A stretch of DNA of 53,897 nt, counting the filler, from Dirinaria sp. TL-2023a (taxonomy: Eukaryota): NCBI GenBank assembly GCA_051941275.1. It is 4 parts of 4 records of this genome, joined end to end, with 100 filler letters (N's around TTAATTAATTAA, not from the genome) between each part and the next. Parts side by side here need not be neighbours in the genome. Positions count along the whole stretch, not along the records: positions 27,036 to 40,425 come from JAVEBF010000692.1; positions 40,526 to 53,897 come from JAVEBF010000693.1; 2 more parts are not named here. One strand, written 5' to 3'. Positions 38,198-49,052 of this stretch are shown here, in pieces. The position numbers and the translations under genes were made by a program. Positions within the stretch are counted from its first letter, which is position 1, and the number at the start of each line of letters is the position of its first letter. The notes under the pieces were generated by a model, which worked only from the letters and a program-made list of their open reading frames with translations, had not been told where the DNA came from and ran no database searches.

Positions 38198-39921
38198 ATG
38201 TTCAATCCTGCAACCTTATGGACGCCGCCCGTCGTCAACCCGGTCAACCGTAAGGCCCGGTCTATCCCCGCTTTCAACCCGATCAATGTTTACGGCCGTG
38301 TGTTCACCTTTTCGTGGTTCGGTTTTTTTGTCGCTTTCTGGTCCTGGTAGGCGCGTTTGTTTGTCTGCAGCCTACATACATGAACGCTAACAAGCTGTCA
38401 GGTACGCCTTCCCACCATTGGTAAGCCCTACGAGCCTTTCTCCCACATGCTCCGACGAGCAAGAATCTAATCGAACTGTAGCTCAGCATCACGATCGCCA
38501 AGGACTTGCACCTTACTCCAGTTGATGTCTCAAACTCCAATATCATCGCTCTCACTGCCACGTAAGTTTTTTGGGTCCGTCCGACAAAAGACCGCTTCGA
38601 CTGACAGCCCTGAAGCCTCCTTGTTCGGCTAGTGGCAGGCCCATCATGTGATCGTTTCGGTCCTCGATACACATTCGCAGGATGCCTTCTGGTCGGCTCT
38701 CTTCCCACCGTCCTTGCAGGTGCTGTGACCAATGTCAAGGGCCTTTTGGCGCTTCGATTCTTTGTCGGTATCCTTGGTGGTAGCTTCGTCCCTTGCCAAG
38801 TATGGTCCACGGGGTTTTTCGACAAGAACATCGTTGGCACTGCCAATGCCTTTACCGGAGGTTTTGGCAATGCCGGGGGAGGCATCACCTACTTCCTCAT
38901 GCCGGCCATTTTCGACTCTCTTGTCCATAATCAGCATCTCACACCTCATGTGGCTTGGCGGGTCACTTTCATCGTTCCGTTTATCGTCATCACTGCGACT
39001 GCCATTACCATGCTGATTGTGTGCCCCGACACCCCCACCGGCAAATGGTCTGAGCGCCATCTTGCCGCTCAGCAAAACCTCGCCTCGCACGGCGTCACCG
39101 GCACTGTCGTCAATGTTCCAGGCTCGATTGGCGATGTAAAGTCCAACTCCCCTGCTTCTGACAGCCCCGTGCGCGGCGGCAGCACCGAGAAGATTGGCTA
39201 CGAAGCGACCGGAAAGGCACCGACAGCGAACGACGGGCACGAAGCCCAGATCGGCGAACAGCAGATGCTTGACACCGCACGCGGGGAAGTGGTCGTCAAA
39301 CCTTCCCGCAAAGAAGCCTTGGCCGTGGTCTTGTCCCTCCAAACCCTCGTCACATGCGGCTGCTACTTCTGTTCCTTCGGCACCGAGCTCGCCGTCAACT
39401 CGATCCTCGGAGCTTACTATGTCAAGAACTTCAAATCCCTAGGCCAGACCGGCTCCGGGCGCTGGGCATCCATGTTCGGTCTCCTGAACATCGTCGCACG
39501 CCCGGCCGGCGGCCTGATCTCCGACGCCATCTACCGCCGCGGCGGCGTCTGGGGCAAGAAATACCTCATCCACACCCTCGCCATCATCACGGGCGCCTTC
39601 CTCATCGCGATCGGTGCGACCGACCCGAAAACGCACAGCACCATGTTCGGCCTCGTCGCGGGCACGGCCCTCTTCCTCGAAGCAGGCAACGGTGCCATCT
39701 TCGGCCTCGTCCCGCACGTGCATCCTTTCGCCAACGGCATCGTGAGCGGCTGCACCGGCGCGAGCGGCAACCTCGGCGGCATCATCTTCGCCATCATCTT
39801 CCGCTACCAGGGCATGCACTATGCCAAAGTCTTTTGGATCATCGGTATCATCACCATCGCCATTCACCTGTCTCTTAGCTGGATCAAACCGATTCCAAAG
39901 GGCCAGATTGGAGGTCGTTAA
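38198..39921 (+). CDS. nrtA: High-affinity nitrate/nitrite transporter (NNP family, MFS)
   Basis: Exons 38198-38346, 38402-38420, 38482-38561, 38616-39921. [40 protein letters not shown], nitrate signature [31 protein letters not shown]; ends [10 protein letters not shown]. Confidence 0.95.
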
Positions 39922-40425
39922 AAATCTGAAGTTCTCGAAAGAGAAAAGTCTCCTGCGCGGAGAGAGATATGGGATGAGCCATGGCATAATGACGGGGGGG
40001 GATGCGGGGAAACCGTGTATGTATGTATGTATGCAAGGGCCAGCATTTGCCAACCGAAAAATTGTAGTTTCTTGCAAACCCTTTGTACAATTATGTTTCT
40101 AGTATAGTACATAACAATCATCTTCCTAAAAAAAAAAGAGCCAAGAAGTTGCGTTTGTAATATAATCTTAGATACCTAAGTAGGTATGTCGTGTGGATCT
40201 GGGCTTTCAGCTCAAGCTGCCCTGTCTTTGACACCTCTTGAACTAAGATACCCAACCCTAAATCTCGAAAACCCTAAGGTAAATCCAATTGCTTTTCCCT
40301 CTCCTCTTCCCTCAGGTAGGTTCACTTACTTTTGTTTCTTCTCTGACTAACCAAATCATCTTACACACACCTCTCTCTCTCCTTTTCTCTCAACCCCAAA
40401 ACCAAAAAAGAGAAAAAAAAAAAAA

Positions 40426-40525
40426 NNNNNNNNNNNNNNNNNNNNNNNNNNNNNNNNNNNNNNNNNNNNTTAATTAATTAANNNNNNNNNNNNNNNNNNN
40501 NNNNNNNNNNNNNNNNNNNNNNNNN
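40426..40525. other. Artificial contig linker (N44-TTAATTAATTAA-N44)
   Basis: Same 100-nt spacer. Confidence 0.98.
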
Positions 40526-40526
40526 T

Positions 40527-40781
40527 CTTCTCGCGAGCACCGCTGCTGCTGGACAACAGGAAGGCGGCGGAGAGGGAGAAGGGAAGGCCGATTTCCCCAT
40601 TGTGGTGCAGGATGGGAAAGTTGTGCATCAGGGACCGAATCGGAAATCGAGGAGGCAGCTCAAGCAGGATGAATGGAGACAGATTCAGAAACTGGAAAAG
40701 GCGGAGCGGAAGTCGGAGCGGGAGGCTGAGAAAAAAAGCGCTGGTACAGAGCAGGATGAAAGAACTATTAGTTCGCCCTGA
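40527..40781 (+). CDS. Possible 3' fragment of a gene cut by the contig start
   Basis: Frame open from the contig edge for 84 codons (..DFPIVVQDGKVVHQGPNRKSRRQLKQDEWRQIQKLEKAERK..ISSP*), charged, coding-like composition. Confidence 0.4.
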   Translation, partial: LLASTAAAGQQEGGGEGEGKADFPIVVQDGKVVHQGPNRKSRRQLKQDEWRQIQKLEKAERKSEREAEKKSAGTEQDERTISSP

Positions 40782-41545
40782 CTACCTTAACTTGTAGGAT
40801 AGGAGGCGAGAGGGGTGAAGAGTGAAGTCAGTATATTAAGTAATACGGTCTATACAGCAGCAGCAGCAGCAGCAGACAAAGACACTACATATCGCATCCC
40901 TGGGGGGAGATTAGACACTTTGTACAATAGCGTCAATATTACAGTAGATAACAAATTAATCCCTTCTCAACCAATATACAGTATACCCCTTATCGCCAAC
41001 ACACTCTCAACGCTCGATCCACACCTATCCCCTCCCGCAATCGTATATATACATACCTTTCCATACCTCTGCTTCCACGCCTTTAAAGATCCCAACTCAT
41101 CTCCTTCCGTCTACCACTCCATTCACCGCTATGTCGTATTATGATCCACGGCGCGATTGGTTTTTCCCGAGATCGGACGCAAGATTTGCGTCGCAAATCC
41201 GGCATCTCTCTTCTTCTTAAGCGAAAGCAACGAAACGAAGACACAGTCTCCGAGGATAAGCATCCGTATTCTCGCTCGCTCGCCTGGCTGCAGGCGCGCT
41301 GCCAGCTGACTTTCTTTTTCCGGTATATCGCAGAGGAATAATGAAGTTCGTTCCCTTCGGTATCTATCGCATACGTTGCGCCTTTTTTTTTTTTTAAAAA
41401 AAAAAGGAATGGTTCTGAGGATGGATTGGATTGGATTGGATTTCTGGTCCTTTTTCTTTGTTGTCTACAGGCCAACATGTACCTAGAAAGCAGATGCGCC
41501 CGGGAGGGCTTCTGCGGTTCAAGGCCAATCTGACGAACCCGAAGC

Positions 41546-42334
41546 CTAAGACGGCGAGACTACCTCTTCCTCGGAATCTTCATCCAGCTCGTCATCAGCG
41601 TCGAAAAGGTCACATTGCAGCACCGTGTCATATTCTGGCGATTTTGCTGCAGGTCTGGCACTTCCGCTATCCGATATCGTCGCTTGTTGCTGTGTTCGAC
41701 GCGGGAAGAGGTGCAAAGTGTGAGGCGCTGCACGGGGTAGGAGACTTTCGGAGGATGAATCGTCGGAGGTTTCATAGTCGGAGTTCCAGAAACGGTCTCC
41801 TTCTGCTGGTGAAAAGGGCGTGTCAGGACGGTAGCCGGCGCGGAAGGGCGGTCGATCGATAGTGCCGTAATTGGTGGGAGAAAGATGGGTCGGAAAATCT
41901 TCGATATTGCTTTCGAGATCCCGCTCCGCAGGCGAGAGAGTGGCGACGAGGAAATGCCTTGTGACGTTGATTATGTCGACGGTGACGGGCAGTGCGAAAG
42001 ACGTGACCGCCATCGTAACGAGGAGCCAAAGGAAGGAGAAAACCTCGAGCTCGGTAATTAGTGCTGCGTCATGTTGCCCAACTGCCTCTATGTGTGCGAT
42101 AGTGAGGTAGATTATAGTAGCGACGCAGATCAGGAGCTGCAGGGTAAAAAGAAAGATCGTGACGAAGAGGCGGTAGGCTAATGTTAGGAGGCCGATATCA
42201 CTGAATTCGGTGGACTCCCGCAGGAACCTTTTGGTGTACCACCAATCTTTGTAAACGGAGCAAAGCAGAACAGTGCCAGCCATCACGCAAGACAAGCCTA
42301 GGAGATTCGGCAAGATGACGTTTGTGGTGTGCAT
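41546..42334 (-). CDS. Hypothetical membrane protein, 262 aa (about three TM helices plus acidic tail)
   Basis: Single ATG-initiated ORF with hydrophobic segments; AT-rich TATA-like sequence upstream at ~42473-42481. No family recognised. Confidence 0.6.
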   Translation of the reverse strand: MHTTNVILPNLLGLSCVMAGTVLLCSVYKDWWYTKRFLRESTEFSDIGLLTLAYRLFVTIFLFTLQLLICVATIIYLTIAHIEAVGQHDAALITELEVFSFLWLLVTMAVTSFALPVTVDIINVTRHFLVATLSPAERDLESNIEDFPTHLSPTNYGTIDRPPFRAGYRPDTPFSPAEGDRFWNSDYETSDDSSSESLLPRAAPHTLHLFPRRTQQQATISDSGSARPAAKSPEYDTVLQCDLFDADDELDEDSEEEVVSPS

Positions 42335-43140
42335 TTCTACAGGAGGGTTTGGAAGAACTATTTGGCGAAGCAGAATTCTGGACTAGGATTTCAGGGCAAT
42401 TCTTTAAATGCTTTGATAATTTGAAAGAATGTGACGGAGAAGAGATGAAGTGAGACGGAGATGCAGAGGGTATTATATAAAGTATAGTCGAAGGAAATTT
42501 GTGCCCAAATTGTTGAGCGTCGAAATTTGCATTTCATGGGAGTTGTTCCATGGTACCGCACCTCGGATATGTTCAATTTCGAAAAAGCCTCAAGAAAAAT
42601 TGACACCGGTTGAGTCCAGGGTCTTATAGGATTGTTGAGAAAGATAGGCGGTAGAGGGTGGAGATCAGAGGTAAGTAAACAATAACGCAAGGGAAGAGTC
42701 AAAATGAGACCGAAGAGCTGAAGTCCTTCTGATTACTTACTTACATTTACCACTCATTTCTGTTGCGTGTCTTGGCCCCTTGAAATTTGATAGTAGCTGA
42801 GTTCCAAAATAAGGGAAGGCCGTGCGTGTAGGTAGACTTGACTTGAGAGGCGTCAAGGCTAATTGCCACGATAGAGTAGCGTTTGAGGTGGCAAAAGCTG
42901 TAGCAAAATACCACGATCATGGTACTATAGAGACTGCCAAAACGCTCACGAGCGATCCCTTTCAAATGTATCTGTAAAGGCATTTTATGATTAGACATTT
43001 TAGCTCGAGATAGCTTAGGCTTGTAATCCTAGTTCTTATGAAACTAAACGTATGGTGCTAAAGTTCCCCCTTGGAGAGCCCTCTTCAAGATCGCTCTAAA
43101 TTCGAAATAGGTAAGTGATGTTTCCTTTGGCCGTCAGCTA

Positions 43141-44759
43141 TTATGCTACCATAGGTACAATTGTGTCAGGAGGTTTGTAGAAGGGTTTGATGATAGGCTT
43201 CTCAACGCTCAGGCTGGCTTTGTCGATTTCTATCGCACCAACATCCTTTATTCGTGGGAGGCGGATCGCGAGGTGTGCAGGCTCAGCCGGATTCATCTTA
43301 TCAAAAACATCGTTCATAAAATGACGTACATCTTCGGGTGGTGCAACAATCTTTGTGAGAGGCTCCAGCGTTCGAGGTTGCTGTGCGGTCAGCCGCACCG
43401 TTACGCGTTGATAGTAGCTCATGTGCTCTTTGTATTTACCAGAGTACGCGTCGTTGCCTCTGCGGATTACAAGGAAAGACACAATGACCTGTGTGCGCCC
43501 TGGAAGATATTCCAGGATACTGAATCTTGGAAAGAGGAAACGGTCGCCAGTACCCCCGAAGTCAAAAACAACAGCACTGACATCTGATTTATATGAATGT
43601 GACGCTTTTGGCTTGACTGGCGGATGGTACTGAGAGTAATACGGGGCCTCATTCTTAGTGTAACGGGTCGGCGGCGGGTAGGGGCTTGAATTTCTAGATG
43701 TTGCAGCATCGGATGTCTGCAGGGTGCTTCCTGTTGACGAGGCAGTAAGCGAATTCCCGCCTGGTGAAGGTTTGGGTAAATTAGGATCCCTTGGTGGGCT
43801 GCTAGGCCCCCGACCACCCTTGATCTGGGCGTTTAGCTCGTCAATATGGGTTTGGAATTCTCGTAGTTCTATATGACTCGCTCTGCCTGAGGCGACGACT
43901 TTCATCAAGGATTTGAGCTCATGATCGGAAGCAGCTCGAGTTGCGAGCATCTGGATCACAGGATCGGGACTGTTCTTAGAATGAGGAACCTGCGTCTCAC
44001 TCTGCCCACTGGGGTTTGGCCCTTGAGGGACATGAGGACTATGTCCAGCTGGACTCGGTGTTGGAGGTGCGAAAGGGTGGTAAATTGGAGGCGGCTGCCC
44101 TTGAGAGTCAAAGGCAGCAAAGCCTTCTCTGAATGGAGGGAGCGATGTATGAGAAAGAGTTGATGGGCTCTGTCCCTGAGGCTGACCGTTGGTTGCCGGG
44201 CTTTTGGGTGGAAGTTGGGACGGAGCGGTTGAAAGGGGCGGTTGTTGCGGCAATGGAGGCTGAGAGGTTGGCTGAGGGTCTCTAACAGTGTACAGGGTGA
44301 TCTCGAAAATATGTGGCTCTATCACCATCGAGCAGATGCCAAGACGAGCCATGGATTCCTTTGCTGGATTGGGGACCTCGTGGTTCCTCTTCTTAGATGG
44401 CTTTGCCCAATATCTTTCGAATATACCATCGACGGCCCACTTGCGTCGCGACTGCTCGATCGAGGTTGCCAATACACCGCTGCAAACGTATTCAGGACAA
44501 GATGTATCGGAACGAATGGGGATCAATACCTTTCAGCGATGTTCTGATACTCGCTATCAAGCAAGTCCGAATCTTGTGGCTCAGATAAGGTCGGCAGCTT
44601 TTGGCCATCTGAAAGCTTTGTAGGTAAAGAATCATCTTCCGCCTGAGGAGTTGGCGTGGGTGCTGGTCGAGGTTGAGTAGGAGGCGTTGGGGTCGTTGCA
44701 CGCTTTTTGGCTGGTGGTTCGCCGCGGTACCGCGTCGACGGCCTTCTCTTCTCGCTCAT
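43141..44759 (-). CDS. SWC3: SWR1 complex subunit Swc3
   Basis: Exon 1 44759-44530, intron 44529-44480, exon 2 44479-43141. LPT..EYQNIAESGVLATSIEQSRRKW..GIFERYWAKP, DPVIQMLATRAASDHELKSLMKVVASG, DRFLFPRFSILEY. Confidence 0.82.
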
Positions 44760-45196
44760 GGTGTATAGCGACAATCATCCGTTATTCAACCCCTGTGGAG
44801 TTAGCTCAGTTCGTGGTTTGGAAGACAGACGATACGAAGGCCCGATGTATAAGTTGAAGGTCAGTCTGAGTCACTTAACCCTACTTTAGCCCTCTCTCGC
44901 CCACTTGATGTGCCCCGTGATAAAAAAGTGTGAAGTAGATGTAAGTCATCTGTCCTCAAACAAAGAGTGCAAAGTTCCCCTTAGAACACCAACTATAATT
45001 CTTTCTGATTTGTCGAAGGGTCTTCTCTTTTCCGGGAGTTCTCTAGACAGCTCACCTGTGGAACAAACTTGGCTGGACCTCTGGATGCGTTTTTTTGAAG
45101 CATTATTTATTGCTCTTACATGAATCATATCGTTCAATTTCATTCATACTATTATTCTAGGATCTAAGTACAAGTTTTTGTGAAGCTGTCTGCGCT

Positions 45197-46587
45197 ATGA
45201 CACTTGCACCCATCTTCAGAAGGGCGTATTGGTCACTGGTAGCACTTGGCGCCTTGTATTTTCTTTTCCTTTCCCTTTTATTGAATGGCTGGATCCAGCG
45301 CCAGTAAGGTCCTTGAATGGTTCGAAGCCATCGTGGTTTTTTCTTACGTGAGTCCAGTGCTCTGTACGCGCATAAGATTAGAACCTCTTGGTGGCAAGAT
45401 CACAATAATCCAGCGCAGTTTGGTTTTCTAAGTACGCCAGGTCCTTTTTCCCCGTTGTGGGCTGTTTGACAGGATATAGAGAACCAAGTCCAGCCTTTTC
45501 ATGTCCGCACGCCGGACGGTGAGTTACTATATGCATGGCACATTCTGCCTCTGGCGCTTTATGCTCGTCATGAGAAGCAGCTACTCAACGAGCCGGATGG
45601 TCTTCCCGAGGATATCACACGGACACAAGCCTTCCAACTTCTGACTGGCGATCCAGAAAGCCGTCTGGTGATCAATTGTTAGCGACATTTACCCAAGATA
45701 GTAGACGACAACCTTGCTGAATTCGAACAGTCCATGGTAACGCTGGCACTATCGCTCAAGGCTGGCGAACGGATACGTATCGCGCGATTGCATCTGGTGC
45801 TTCTAACAAGATACACGTCCTTACGGCAGACTACCGTGGCTTTGGTTACTCTTCGGGCGCCCCTTACGAGCAAGGATTGATCACGGATGGTATTGCCGTA
45901 GTGAATTGGGCGCTACAAGTGGCTCAAATCCCTCCAGAACGGATTGTACTCTTCGGTCAAAGTCTTGGAACCGCTGTGTCAGTAGCAGTGGCTGAACATT
46001 TCGCTCTCAAGGCGCGGATCGAATTCGCTGGGATCGTTCTTGCCGCTGGCTTTTCTGACATCCCAACTCTGATGCTGTCTTATTATCTCGGCGGTGTTCT
46101 GCCCGTACTGGCGCCCCTTAGACCGTACCCTTGGCTGCAGAGATTCTTCTCCGACCACATACAGGAGCGATGGATTACAACAGAGCGGCTCAAAACCCTA
46201 GTAAAACACAGTCCTAATCTTGACCTTCAAATCTTACATGCCAGGGATGATTTTCAGATTCCGTGGAGCCACTCCGACACATTATTTCGGACGGCGGCTA
46301 ATGCGACTGTGAATGGGGGTATGACCGTTACGCAGATTGATGCCATCAAAGATTTTCAAAATCTTGGAGAAGGAGGAACCATCTCTACCTGGACCGCAGC
46401 AAGCTCGAAGGGCGATGGGCTGACAAAAATCCGCCAGCAGGTGGTACTACAAGGAGGCAAGTACTAAAGCCTCACCCAATAGTAAAGTAGGACCAAAACT
46501 GACAGCACTGCTCTTTTTGAAGGACATAATCGAATCCCAACTTATGCGGTAGCATCGCAAGCTATTTTAAGAGCGTTTAAATTGTAG
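45197..46587 (+). CDS. ABHD12-like alpha/beta hydrolase (membrane-anchored lipase)
   Basis: Exons 45197-45303, 45358-45431, 45480-45677, 45731-46456, 46523-46587. N-terminal TM, TPDGELLYAWHILP, FHGNAG, DYRGFGYSSGAP, GQSLG, ILHARDD, GGHN. Last intron is GC-AG. Confidence 0.88.
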
Positions 46588-47396
46588 CATCCATTTGAGA
46601 ATAGAACCCTACTAAGTATATATACAAGGTTCACGATTTCTTTCTTGGACAAACCTGTACCCAGAACTCTTCAACTGTCCAAACCCCCTTCTCCGTTGGT
46701 GCCACGCACAGCTCCGGCTATATCAACATCGATTCAGGTCTCTCATCGAGAAACGGACATGGGTTAGCGCTTCTCTTGTGCTATCCAGAAGCAGACCTTC
46801 AAGCACCGGAACCACACCTTTCGAGCCATCTGAGAAAATCTTATAGTGCCCCTAGGCGCATAATAGTCCCACTAAGTCTCTCAGTCGAAGAGTTTCCTTA
46901 GCTTCCAAATCTGCGACAGGTCTCTCCTTATCAAATCACCTCTGTGGCTGAGAATGTCCATTATCAGTGATCACCGCATCGGTAGAGAATTATACAAACA
47001 AGTATTGAGCGGAGTAGGGCTCGCAGACCTTTCTGGGATCCTTATAGACCGCTCAAATAGAGTTGTATTCTGCTGACTTCTCAACCGTGCTCAAGGTCTA
47101 TTAACTTTGCAGCTGCTTCCAATTGCAATGGAACATCGCATAGTATGTGTGAAAGAGGGGTGACTGGGATCATGCGTGTACTCAAATCCTCCTTAGGCAA
47201 ATTCGGGTTGAGATCGGGTGGCGTATCCTTTTTGATGATTGCTCGCAACGTTCTTGCGGTCTATCTAGAAGTTTGTGCCTCAAGGCTCTGGATTTTTTCC
47301 CGCTCACTGCTCCAATCATGAGCTTTGTGGACGTTTAATGGAAGCTGTAAGTGATATATGATGAAGAACCAATCCATGCCAGAAGTAATGCACATA

Positions 47397-48363
47397 TTAT
47401 ATATAGCATTCATACACTAATTTCAAGCCTACAGAAGTGCCGATAGCTAGGAGGCCGACCAGAATCGCCCACCACTTCAGGCCCAACCATACTTTCTCAA
47501 TCAATATATTTTTGAGGGCGGCCGTCTCGTTTAAGTGTGGAAAGGGAACCTTCGGCACAGGCTTCCCAAGGATCTCACATAGAGGCCCCCAGCCCTCCTT
47601 TAGGTCAAAGAAATGCAATCTCTCCTTTGGCACAACTCTCTTCAAGTATTCGATATGGCGATCATAAGTTTGTGGCCCGGCCTGGGCTTCACCTTGCAAG
47701 AAGTACCTTTCACCGTAGACGCCAGCAATCATGGTTTTGCCAAAGCGTGGCCAGTACCTAACCTGTTGCCAACATTAGTGTACAACTCTGCGAACTCATA
47801 TCAGACAGGCAATAAAGCCGTAGCTGGTACCCTAACGAAGGCTTAGGTGACGTATACATCTCGCTTGGAGTGGGAGAAACGAGAATCATGCGTACACTCG
47901 TGGGTATGGGCCATAGGACGAAAGGAAGCCACCACTTGCGCATAGCATTATTGACGGCGACTTTGCTTTCCCACCAACGCTCTCGATCTCGAACAGTGAC
48001 AATGACCTGGGCTTCTGGGTACAATTCAGACAGCTCCTGGACATAGTAGAAAGCCGGTGTGTCGGAACAAGAGGCAAATCCTCGATACAGTTGTGCCAGC
48101 ATCATCTTTATTCGACTTTGCTCCGCTTTTGTGGTAGAGCGACCGGATTGCCTCGCGTTGCGGGAGATCTCATGGACAGCAAGCCATTTGCGCATATGGC
48201 CTATGCTTGACTCGAGCAGCTGTGCACCGCCGTGATAGGAAGGCTCTTGCAGCAGGATCTCTAGCGCTGCTGACATTGATGAAGTCCCTGTGCGAGGTAT
48301 ACCAAGCGCAAGGACTTGCATTCGAGTAGATGGAGGGCCTGGCTTGGATGCCTTCTGGCCCAT
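47397..48363 (-). CDS. Sulfotransferase-like P-loop protein (Sulfotransfer_4 type), ~277 aa, C-terminal TM
   Basis: VLALGIPRTGTSSMSAALEIL..YHG, SDTP, YPEAQVIVTVRDRERWWES; intron 47895-47763; VPKERL..EGWGPLCEILGKPVPKVPFPHLNE. Confidence 0.85.
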
Positions 48364-49052
48364 GATAGGCGTGAAGTACTGAGGAACTCCGCTTTTCCCA
48401 CGACATGCTGGAGAGTATACTCCGTAGCGCTAGATGTTTAGTAATGCATTGCTTTCCCTCGAACTTAGTGACGGGAAGGATCCTTTAGAAATAAGACAAG
48501 CAGTGCCGCTCGCCTCGCACCCTGGTTCTGATGATCTAATTGGGAAGCGCTGCAGCCTCCTGTGTTTCTTTCGGATTAATCCTATGCAATGAGCGTGACG
48601 TGAATGCCTTATATACCAGCACTATCATGATCGAAGCTGCGCAAATACGAAGTCTTGTCGCTATTCTTTTTGTACGCTTATCGAAATCGATTACGCTTCG
48701 AACCAGACATCCTCGGTCGCTACTATCACTGAAGGTCCGGAAGGCATACTGGTTCAGTTGCTGAGGATGATTACTCATTTTTCATTGCGGGAGGGGAAAG
48801 AAGGCCTACTTGACCTTCACATCGCTCCCGAAATTCTCACCAACTTTGTTCCCAATCTCACTATTACATTCAGTTGATGAATTCCCTGCGGACACCACAT
48901 GCATGTGCCGATGATTCGAAACAAAGAATGAGGCTGCCTGGCGGTCATAGAAATAAAGGGTACGAGTACTCAAGGGTTCCCTCGCTTTAGACTTGAACCT
49001 CGGATCCGCAATCCTCCTTGATCGGGAACCTCTCTGCACCCCACATCTCAAG

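Noticed and set aside
47763..47895. C/D snoRNA in the 133-nt intron (ATGATT..TTATTGCCT-GT-CTGA)
   Set aside because: Imperfect box C only 6 nt from the donor; the match to 18S AGGCAATAA is just 9 nt and not at a methylation site I know.
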